A stretch of 32,435 bases of DNA, taken from IMG/VR virus record IMGVR_UViG_3300025610_002491, positions 1 to 32,435 of that record; one strand, written 5' to 3'. The notes under the pieces are model-generated. The model saw nothing but the letters and a program-made list of their open reading frames with translations, had not been told where the DNA came from and ran no database searches. Every line of letters starts with the position of its first letter. Position 1 is the first letter of the stretch. The stretch comes from a virus. Lineage: Duplodnaviria; Caudoviricetes. Shown here one piece after another: positions 24,950 through 32,435 of this stretch. A program made the position numbers and the translations under genes.

Positions 24950-24994
24950 TCAATATATTATTTATTTGATTAATGCAAACAAATAATTTAAAAA
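24950..24994. promoter_or_regulatory. Overlapping divergent sigma70 promoters
   Basis: Minus: TTGCAT-N17-TATTGA (24978-24950). Plus: TTGATT-N17-TAAAAA (24966-24994), 6 nt before the ATG at 25001. Confidence 0.55.
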
Positions 24995-25000
24995 ATTTGC

Positions 25001-26407
25001 ATGTATAATTATAAAACAAAACCGTTCGAACATCAAAAGCAAGCCTTAATTCAAGGGGCCAAAGACTATAATTTTGCTTACTTTATGGAGATGGGTACAG
25101 GTAAAACTAAAGTTGCAATTGATAATGCAGCTTATTTATTCCAGGATAAAAAAATAGATTTTGCATATGTCATTGCACCTAATTCAGTTTATCAAAATTG
25201 GAAAAAAGAAATTAAAACTCATTGTCCAGAAGAAGTGAATATGTATATTTGGAAAGTTTCTAAAGACAAAGATTTTAAAATTGATCCAAGTAAATTAACA
25301 TTTATATTAATGAATGTTGAAGCACTATCTCATACATCAGGTAAAAAATGGTTAGAAAGTAAATTAATTAAAACTGGTATGAGAAGTATGATTATACTTG
25401 ATGAAAGTACATCTATAAAAAATCTTAAAGCATCTAGAACTAAGTCTATAATTAAATTAGGACAGCTTGCTAGATATAAAAGAATTCTTACTGGATCACC
25501 AGTAACAAAATCACCTTTAGATTTATTTTCTCAATGCGCATTTTTAGATAAACAATTATTAGGCTATGATACCTTTACTGTATTTAAAGCAAGGTATGCA
25601 GTTATGTATAATATAGAACGCGGTGGTTATAGTATTCAAATACCAAAGTATTATGTGAACCTAGAAGAGTTAGAATATAAAATAAAAAACTTTTCTTATA
25701 GAGTTAGAAAAAAAGATTGTTTAGACATCCCACCTAAAATGTATGTTCAAAGACATGTGGAACTACCGGATGAACAAAGACAAGCTTATGAACGACTTAA
25801 ACAAAATGCATTAATAATACTTAAAGATGATGAAGTATCCTACAACAACAAACTAACAGAACTACTTAAACTACAACAAGTGGCTAATGGTTTTGTTAAA
25901 ACTAATGAAGGGGATATAGTTGAATTTAAAAGCAATGCAAAGCTAAAAGAATTAATGAGTGTATTGGAGGAGACTCAAGACAAGTGTATCATATGGGCTA
26001 ACTATGTTTATAATATAGAAATGATAAAAGCCAAATTGAAGGAGACTTATGGAGAAGATTCAGTGGTTTCGATATACGGAAAAGATTCAGTTGAAGTACG
26101 TAACGATGCTGTTGAAAATTTTCAGTCTAATGACCGATGTCGTTTCCTTGTTGGTAACCCTACTGTTGGCGGTTATGGTCTTACCCTTACTGCTGCTAAG
26201 TATGTTATATATTTTAGTAATTCTTACAATCTGGAAGTCCGTCAGCAAAGCGAAGATCGTGCTCATAGACATGGTCAAACTTCTCAGGTCACATATGTAG
26301 ATTTAATTGCAAAAGATACTGTTGATGAAATGGTATTACACAATTTAGAAAATAAAATTGAATTATCTGCTAAGACTCTTGGGGAACAGGTTCAGAAGTG
26401 GCTTTAG
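25001..26407 (+). CDS. SNF2-family (superfamily 2) helicase
   Basis: MEMGTGKT, ILDES, LTGSP, GGYGLTL, QSEDRAHRHGQ. Confidence 0.93.
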   Translation: MYNYKTKPFEHQKQALIQGAKDYNFAYFMEMGTGKTKVAIDNAAYLFQDKKIDFAYVIAPNSVYQNWKKEIKTHCPEEVNMYIWKVSKDKDFKIDPSKLTFILMNVEALSHTSGKKWLESKLIKTGMRSMIILDESTSIKNLKASRTKSIIKLGQLARYKRILTGSPVTKSPLDLFSQCAFLDKQLLGYDTFTVFKARYAVMYNIERGGYSIQIPKYYVNLEELEYKIKNFSYRVRKKDCLDIPPKMYVQRHVELPDEQRQAYERLKQNALIILKDDEVSYNNKLTELLKLQQVANGFVKTNEGDIVEFKSNAKLKELMSVLEETQDKCIIWANYVYNIEMIKAKLKETYGEDSVVSIYGKDSVEVRNDAVENFQSNDRCRFLVGNPTVGGYGLTLTAAKYVIYFSNSYNLEVRQQSEDRAHRHGQTSQVTYVDLIAKDTVDEMVLHNLENKIELSAKTLGEQVQKWL

Positions 26408-27110
26408 ATTTGTGGTAGTTGTGAACTCTCTCTAACCATTTTTCTTCATACTCATTTAATTTAGATTCATTCATTTTAAATTCTTGATACAATTTATCTT
26501 TCGTACAAACACAAATTAGTCCTTGAGTAATGGGTCCATATTGTTTTTTATGTGCTAGTGAGTAAGCTGCAATTTGATAATAGTAATCTTCAACGTATTC
26601 TTCTCTTTTAGGTTTATTCGATTGTTTAAAGTCTATTATAGTTGGTTGTTCATCGTATAAGCCTACAACGTCTGTTGCACCTGCCCATAAATCTTCATAA
26701 GCAAGACTAACTTCATTACCCCACACTACTTTTAGTTTTTCTAAATTTTGTACAATCTCATGAGCCATGAGCCGTGCTTGTGCACCCTCTGGAGATAGAT
26801 TCAAATATCCTTTACCATCTATGTAATTCTCTAATACATAATGCATTTCAGTTCCACGTGTAGCTGCTTGTTGTGTAATACGTTGTGCTTCCTGGTAACC
26901 AACTCGTTCTCTCCATCTATCGAGTGAGGCTTTCTTTTCTTCAGATTGTGTAGCCGATAGTATAGTAGTAACTGATGGTATTTTCTTTTCACCTACATTA
27001 TAGGTCCGTGAGCCGTGTTCCTCTTGTCGTGTATATTTCTGATAGTCGTACTTATTCTCTCGTTTGAGATCAGTGATAATAAATTTATTTTCTTGTTTTA
27101 TAAGACGCAC
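26370..27110 (-). CDS. PD-(D/E)xK exonuclease
   Basis: PSVTTIL, RGTEMH, WAGATD, IIDFKQS, QIAAY; GTG start. Confidence 0.88.
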   Translation of the reverse strand: MRLIKQENKFIITDLKRENKYDYQKYTRQEEHGSRTYNVGEKKIPSVTTILSATQSEEKKASLDRWRERVGYQEAQRITQQAATRGTEMHYVLENYIDGKGYLNLSPEGAQARLMAHEIVQNLEKLKVVWGNEVSLAYEDLWAGATDVVGLYDEQPTIIDFKQSNKPKREEYVEDYYYQIAAYSLAHKKQYGPITQGLICVCTKDKLYQEFKMNESKLNEYEEKWLERVHNYHKSKATSEPVPQES

Positions 27111-27115
27111 AAGGT

Positions 27116-27144
27116 CTTTTAATTTAATTTGATAACAAGTGCAA
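27116..27144 (-). promoter_or_regulatory. Putative promoter giving a leaderless transcript
   Basis: TTGCAC-N17-TAAAAG, 5 nt before the GTG at 27110. Confidence 0.4.
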
Positions 27145-27328
27145 CTATTATTCCGATTAAGGTTGTGAGTATAAATCCAGTTGATGCTAACATAATTTTT
27201 TCTAGTCTATGTACATCATTATGGATAGCATCTATTTTTTTATTTGTTTCTTCTTGCATAATTCTACATAACTTCTCATGATCATCTATTCTTTGATGGG
27301 CTAATATATCTTTATTTTCTTCAACCAT
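27119..27328 (-). CDS. Small coiled-coil protein with C-terminal transmembrane helix
   Basis: HEKLC...RLEKIMLASTGFILTTLIGIIVALVIK. Confidence 0.75.
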   Translation of the reverse strand: MVEENKDILAHQRIDDHEKLCRIMQEETNKKIDAIHNDVHRLEKIMLASTGFILTTLIGIIVALVIKLN

Positions 27329-27331
27329 AAC

Positions 27332-29878
27332 TTATCCAAATAAATTTAAAGCTTGAGCTAACTGAGCTCTGTCTTGTGGTGTTTGTTCACCTGTTCCAGT
27401 TATAGGTAAATTTGTTGGTGTAACCTCTGGTAAAGGCATCTCTGGTCTTCTTTGAGCTTGTTGTTTTCTACGTATCTCTTCTTCTGTCTCTAATGCAGGC
27501 GCTTCTTCTGGTCTACTATCTCTAAACATTGGACCATCAAATACACCTGTTTCAAAAAACTTATCATATTTATCTTTGTTTGCTTGAATATCATCTAGTA
27601 CTGCTTTCGCATCTTCAGCACCAACAAAACCTTGGCCAACTAATCCTGAAGATAATTGAGTCATAAATCTATTGTACTTTGCAAAGCTATCAATTGTTTT
27701 ACCTTTACCACCTAAACCTTCAATAAGTAGTTTTGTAATCTTAGGATTAGAAAAAGCTTTAGCAACTCCATAAGGTGCTAGTACAAAGAAAGCAGCTGAG
27801 CCTGGATCAATGTAGCCACCACCACCAAGCAATATACCCCCGATCTGTGTTACAGCTCCTGCTTGTTTTAATTGAATAAATATTTTACCAGTACCTTCAC
27901 CAGCAGCTCCTGGTGCAGTTACTTTACCAGTAGTAAATTTTAAAGCTTTAGCATAGTCGTCTAAATTTTTCTTTTGTGATGCTGTTAAAAAATTAGGATC
28001 ATCTAATATATGTTTATGTTGTCTTAAAAACTTAGCAGCTTGAGCAGCATCTAACACATTATATTGTCCAACTTCTTTTTGTGATGCATTAAAAAAGTTT
28101 TTCAAAAATTGTCCTCTTAATCCTTCTTTAACTTCATCTGCATTTCTAAATAAAGGATACATTGTACCGTTTGGTAATTTTACTTTTCTATCAATTAAGT
28201 CCATGAAGTATTTTGTATAGTCAGGTTTGTTAGCTGCTACTATTTGTTTGTATAAAGCTTCTTGTCCTCTATCAGTTGTAAGTATTTTATTCATTAATGT
28301 ATTATTAAATGATCTAGTTCCCATTCTAGTAAACTCTTTAACTGCTTTAGCTTCTTTCATTAATGCAGGTGGTAATGGTGCATCTGATAATAATGATTCC
28401 ATTCTTTTTAATAATTCTGCTTGTACTGATTGGGCTTCACCAGTAAATTTTTGTGAACCTAAAAAACTATATTGTCTTCTTAATGCATTGTAATTAGTTC
28501 TATTTCCTAAAGCTAAAACTTGTCCTAACATTTTAGTAATATCAGGATCATCTATTTTTGCGTTTTTTAAATCTTCTAATGTTTTTAATGCGTAATCTTC
28601 AATATTACTTGCAGGTAAAACTTTTTGAAAACGAGCATCATATGCTTGAATCTTTGGAGCTGCGTTTGGTCCACCTAATATAATATCGTAATTAGGATCA
28701 TATGTTCCATCTGCTCTTTTAATTAACTGATCTACTTTAGCTCCTAAGTCATCCCAAAGTTTAGCTTTAGTTCCCATAAATAATTGTTTATTAGCGTTTG
28801 CAGATTCATTTAATAAAACTCCTACAGCATAACCAGTATCATCTACATCACCTAATCCTCTTAATGCTACATCTGTAAATGCATCAATACCTTCCATTAC
28901 AGATTGTTTACCCATCTCCTGAGCTGCTCTAATAGATCCTGACCCCATGATTGCGGAAGCGGCAATACCTTCCATAAGATCAATAGTAGAGTTTTGAGTC
29001 ATTACCCCTGGAGTAATATTTGCTTTTTCTATATCTGCAAAAAACTCAGTGCCTCTTTTTGTTTTTATATTTTCAATTATTTCTTTTCTTAATTTTGGAT
29101 CTTTTAAAATTTGTAATTGTTCGCCTGTTAAAGGTAGATCACTTTCAGTTTTAAAACCTTTTTCAAATACTTTCTTAGGTACTTCTTTTCCTTCGTCAGC
29201 TTCTTTTAAATATTTAAAAAACTCTTTATCTCTTTCAATAACTTTAGATGCTTCTTTAGCTCCTGATATTGTATGCAAACCTTTTGTTGTAACTTTGTTA
29301 TAAACTTTAGCTAAGCCTCCTGCTAAACCATAACCAAGTACTTCACCAAATCCCCCTTGAAATGCACCTCTTGCAACTTCTCTTACAATACTTTCTCTTG
29401 GGTCAAATGTTTGTGATATAGCTGCACCAACACCACCCCCAGCTGCTGCACCTGCTGTAGCTCTTCCAATTTTACCAACAGTCTTAGATGATATATTAAG
29501 TAAAGGTCTTGCAAGTCTAGCAACTCTTGCTGCCATTGTTGCAGTTAATGCTAAGGAGCTTCCTCCAGAAAAAGGGGCCATGGCTGCACCGGCTAAACCA
29601 CCGGCAATTGATAAACCAACCTCAGCTACAATTCTTTTAAAGCTAGGGCTTTTTAAAAAACTTTCTGTATCTTTATTGTATTTACCTTTTTGTGCATCAG
29701 ATAAAATTTCATCAGGTGTTAATTGAAACTCTAATTCTTCATCAAAAGATAAACCGTCTTTGTTACCTTGTTTTAATTGTTTAGCTCCAATATAAGTATC
29801 AATAGCTAATTGTTCTTTAGGTGTAGGCTCATTACCTTTTATTTTAAATTTTTGTCCATTAACTACAATCTCTGCCAT
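27332..29878 (-). CDS. Large internal virion / DNA ejection protein
   Basis: 848 aa, helical, with Gly/Ala-rich hydrophobic segments; last of a series of ejection-like genes; SD AAGGAG. Confidence 0.65.
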   Translation of the reverse strand: MAEIVVNGQKFKIKGNEPTPKEQLAIDTYIGAKQLKQGNKDGLSFDEELEFQLTPDEILSDAQKGKYNKDTESFLKSPSFKRIVAEVGLSIAGGLAGAAMAPFSGGSSLALTATMAARVARLARPLLNISSKTVGKIGRATAGAAAGGGVGAAISQTFDPRESIVREVARGAFQGGFGEVLGYGLAGGLAKVYNKVTTKGLHTISGAKEASKVIERDKEFFKYLKEADEGKEVPKKVFEKGFKTESDLPLTGEQLQILKDPKLRKEIIENIKTKRGTEFFADIEKANITPGVMTQNSTIDLMEGIAASAIMGSGSIRAAQEMGKQSVMEGIDAFTDVALRGLGDVDDTGYAVGVLLNESANANKQLFMGTKAKLWDDLGAKVDQLIKRADGTYDPNYDIILGGPNAAPKIQAYDARFQKVLPASNIEDYALKTLEDLKNAKIDDPDITKMLGQVLALGNRTNYNALRRQYSFLGSQKFTGEAQSVQAELLKRMESLLSDAPLPPALMKEAKAVKEFTRMGTRSFNNTLMNKILTTDRGQEALYKQIVAANKPDYTKYFMDLIDRKVKLPNGTMYPLFRNADEVKEGLRGQFLKNFFNASQKEVGQYNVLDAAQAAKFLRQHKHILDDPNFLTASQKKNLDDYAKALKFTTGKVTAPGAAGEGTGKIFIQLKQAGAVTQIGGILLGGGGYIDPGSAAFFVLAPYGVAKAFSNPKITKLLIEGLGGKGKTIDSFAKYNRFMTQLSSGLVGQGFVGAEDAKAVLDDIQANKDKYDKFFETGVFDGPMFRDSRPEEAPALETEEEIRRKQQAQRRPEMPLPEVTPTNLPITGTGEQTPQDRAQLAQALNLFG

Positions 29879-29886
29879 AATACTCC

Positions 29887-30747
29887 TTAGTTACCACTAA
29901 CATCTATTACATCGCCTTCTTTTCTAAAACTTACTTCATCTGTAAGATCTAAATAATTTTGTGCACCTTTTCCAGAAGTTTCCATTATTTCTAGAGCGGT
30001 CTCAAAGTCTGCATTGTTATCTTCTGCAATTGCAATAGCATCTGCAAAATAACTATCAAGTGCTTTCATCTTACCTTCAAAAGTTGCTTCACTGTCTCCT
30101 AACTGAGGAATTAGTTTTGTAATTCTTTTTGCTTCTTGTTCTGATACTGCTGCACCAGAAATAGCCTGTGTAATAAATGAAGTTGCTTGTTGTATTCTTC
30201 CCTTCATAGCAGCATAATCTTTTGAGTATTGAGTACCTGCCGCTCTCCCTAAAGTTGCCGCTATTCTACTTGGATCTGCAAAACCCACTGGTTTATTCAA
30301 TCTATAGTAATCATCTTGAATTCTAGATAAAATACTTCTTACTCTTTTACCACCTTGTATCTGTTTAATTTGTTCAGCAGACGGTTTTGATACTATAGAA
30401 ATTTTTCCGTCAGCAGACATTTGAGCAATAGTTCCTGGAGGTAAATTATAAGCTTTTACTTCCTGGTCCGATAAAGTTCTAACCCCATCTCCTGCTTCAC
30501 CTTTTTGTTTTTCAACAGCTAATATTGTTGAAGGTAATTTACCAATACCTTCACCTAATGCAGATAATGCGGGACCAATTCCTCTGCCTTTTGCTTGTAA
30601 TAAAGGTGCAGCTAATGTGGATGCATAGATAGCTTTTTCTTTAGGAGTTAATGAACTTAAACCACCTTTTTGAAAATGTTTTACTTTAGGTTTTAAAGAT
30701 TGAAAATATCTGTCTCTAAATAATTTTCTTGTTAATACTTCATCCAT
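29887..30747 (-). CDS. Internal virion / ejection protein
   Basis: LTRKLFR...FQKGGLSSL N-terminus, SGAAVSEQE motif; SD GAGG. Confidence 0.65.
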   Translation of the reverse strand: MDEVLTRKLFRDRYFQSLKPKVKHFQKGGLSSLTPKEKAIYASTLAAPLLQAKGRGIGPALSALGEGIGKLPSTILAVEKQKGEAGDGVRTLSDQEVKAYNLPPGTIAQMSADGKISIVSKPSAEQIKQIQGGKRVRSILSRIQDDYYRLNKPVGFADPSRIAATLGRAAGTQYSKDYAAMKGRIQQATSFITQAISGAAVSEQEAKRITKLIPQLGDSEATFEGKMKALDSYFADAIAIAEDNNADFETALEIMETSGKGAQNYLDLTDEVSFRKEGDVIDVSGN

Positions 30748-30749
30748 AG

Positions 30750-31595
30750 CTACCTCGGTTGCATCATGTTGTAAGCAGCATAACCACCTAAGGCAGTTCC
30801 TGCAGCTTGCGCTAATGGATTTGATCCGGGAGCCGTGGTTGCTGTTAATGTACTTTGTGTTGTAGGTAAGTTAGTCATAATACCTTTTAAGAATTCAATT
30901 CTTTGGTATGGCTCGTATGCTCTTTGTAATGCAGTTTGTCTTTGAGCTTCTAACGCTTGTTGGCCAATACCTCTTTGCAATGCGCCTGCTTGCATTTGTG
31001 CTTGAATATCTGCAAGACTCATTGCTTGTTGTTGTGCTCCTAGTTGTCCTAGTGCTTGTCCACTTGCAAGTTGTTGAGCTCTTTGTTGTTGAGCTGCTTG
31101 TAATGCGGTTCCAAAACCTGCTGCTTGCGCTTGTCCTATTTGAGATAAAATTCCTCTTTGAAGTTCTGCTCTTTGAACGCCTTCTCTTCCACCACCAAAT
31201 GCGCCAGCGCCTACAGCACTAGCTGCTAACTGATTCATTTGCATTTGTCCTCTTCTAGCAATTTCGTCAGTTACATATGATTGATATGGATTAAAAAATT
31301 GTTGAATGTTTGGAGCCTGTAATCCTGCTTGTAATGCTCCTACTCCAGCACCTACAGTTCCTGCACCAACACCAGTTTGTCCTGCTTGTTGTATTGCAGC
31401 TTGTTCTATTCCTGTAATAGGTGCAACTTGAATACCAGGTAATGATACTGGGGTTGCAGCTAACTTAGCTGCTTGATCATATAACGATAGCTTTCGAGCC
31501 TCAACTCCTGGTGCTTCTCTTGCTATACTTGTTTGTGTTCCAGTAGAGGATCCACCTCCACCTCCAGAATCTCCACCTCCAAAAATAAAACTCAT
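30750..31595 (-). CDS. Gln/Ala/Gly-rich DNA transfer (pilot/ejection) protein
   Basis: FFNPYQ, AGAFGGGR, Q/A-rich helices, Gly-rich termini. Confidence 0.7.
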   Translation of the reverse strand: MSFIFGGGDSGGGGGSSTGTQTSIAREAPGVEARKLSLYDQAAKLAATPVSLPGIQVAPITGIEQAAIQQAGQTGVGAGTVGAGVGALQAGLQAPNIQQFFNPYQSYVTDEIARRGQMQMNQLAASAVGAGAFGGGREGVQRAELQRGILSQIGQAQAAGFGTALQAAQQQRAQQLASGQALGQLGAQQQAMSLADIQAQMQAGALQRGIGQQALEAQRQTALQRAYEPYQRIEFLKGIMTNLPTTQSTLTATTAPGSNPLAQAAGTALGGYAAYNMMQPR

Positions 31596-32056
31596 TAGTT
31601 TAACTCCTTAGTATATAAATATCTTTTAACACCCCAACCTTTTGTTTTTAAAAAAGGCATCCAACCTGGTCTTGCATGCACAGCGATTCTTTTACAACCT
31701 TCTGATTTTGCAATGTTCTCTATTGTATCAGCAAGTTGGTCTTGCCACAATTCTCTCTTCTCTCCTTTTAAAAGGATAACTTCACATTGAGAAAAATTAG
31801 GTAAAACTGTAATTCTTACTACACATACACCAAATACTTTATATTGGATACCATCGTCTGATCCAAACATCATGAATAGACCCATCTTATTATTTTTGAT
31901 ATATCCTTTTAAATCTTCAATAGTCATAGGGTCTCCATCATATTTAAGACCTTCTCTCAACATAAACTCTACTAATGACCAGTACTCATCCACCATTGAT
32001 GGAAATATCTCAAGTACATCTACTTGTTTTTTAATTTTAGTTTTGTTTGCTTGCAT
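31595..32056 (-). CDS. GNAT-like virion assembly protein
   Basis: IENIAKSEGCKRI...ARPGW...KGW pattern; immediately upstream of the ejection genes. Confidence 0.6.
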   Translation of the reverse strand: MQANKTKIKKQVDVLEIFPSMVDEYWSLVEFMLREGLKYDGDPMTIEDLKGYIKNNKMGLFMMFGSDDGIQYKVFGVCVVRITVLPNFSQCEVILLKGEKRELWQDQLADTIENIAKSEGCKRIAVHARPGWMPFLKTKGWGVKRYLYTKELN

Positions 32057-32435
32057 TGACTATATCGTAAATCCTTTTAAATTTTTTCTGTTGATCGTAA
32101 AAGAAATCAGCTCCTGCTTTTCTCATACTTTTAAAACTTTTAGGATCTGCGCCAGATAAGATACCTGCACCTAATACTGCATCTGCTCTTGATACAAACT
32201 CACCGTCAGCTAATTGTGCAAGCATTGTGTCTTCATCTTTATCACCGTTACCTGCTCCATCTTCAACATATCCTGTTGCTCTTACATAATTGTTTGCATC
32301 GTTCTCATCATGATCTGATTTAGATGGTAAATAACTTACACCACCTGTATTAAATTTTTTTACAACTTCAGCTAGTCCACCTTTGTTTGCATAAAACATA
32401 TTTGATCCATATACATCTGATCTTGCAGGCATAGT
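32037..32435 (-). CDS. Virion-associated protein, C-terminal part (probably begins beyond the right edge)
   Basis: ANKGG and FNTGG motifs; GDKDEDTMLAQLADGEFVSRADAV. Confidence 0.7.
   Translation of the reverse strand, partial: TMPARSDVYGSNMFYANKGGLAEVVKKFNTGGVSYLPSKSDHDENDANNYVRATGYVEDGAGNGDKDEDTMLAQLADGEFVSRADAVLGAGILSGADPKSFKSMRKAGADFFYDQQKKFKRIYDIVNASKQN

Noticed and set aside
1758-31222. Other short ORFs in the track (e.g. 1758, 1784, 4468, 5964, 7574, 7768, 8248, 10728, 11762, 14869, 15766, 16849, 16988, 18982, 20905, 23568, 26049, 26087, 28227, 29049, 30908, 31872)
   Set aside because: Antisense or out-of-frame shadows of better supported genes, with no motifs or RBS.

Overview
This AT-rich window is a continuous segment of a tailed dsDNA (podovirus-like) bacteriophage genome, mostly encoded on the minus strand. 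Gene content and promoter style resemble marine Pelagibacter (SAR11) phages carrying a family A DNA polymerase; this host assignment is inference. From left to right it holds: a truncated PLP-dependent sugar dehydratase/aminotransferase, a holin-like gene, portal and large terminase (1-6.4 kb); a cassette-like early/accessory region (6.6-11.5 kb) separating terL from terS; an iteron-rich non-coding region (12.25-12.7 kb); small regulatory genes including an HTH/sigma70-region-4 fusion; a replication module (LAGLIDADG endonuclease, PolA, DUF3310, UvrD-like helicase, AEP primase, SSB-like, SNF2 helicase, exonuclease); and internal virion proteins. No integrase, tRNA, rRNA or CRISPR array was seen. 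The most notable signal is a candidate layered control circuit for the early genes. Five sigma70 promoters carry a shared ATCCCA-N6-TAAGAT operator, the early mRNA leaders share an AACTAACAA(A/G)G box fused to the Shine-Dalgarno, and two tandem plus-strand sRNA candidates at 13.07-13.27 kb expose sequences complementary to those leaders. A dispersed, strand-biased CGTG-N3-CGTG heptad motif and a second repeat family (AAAAATCTCGGTA...CTCAAGATTT) are also present. All calls were made by eye, without database searches.
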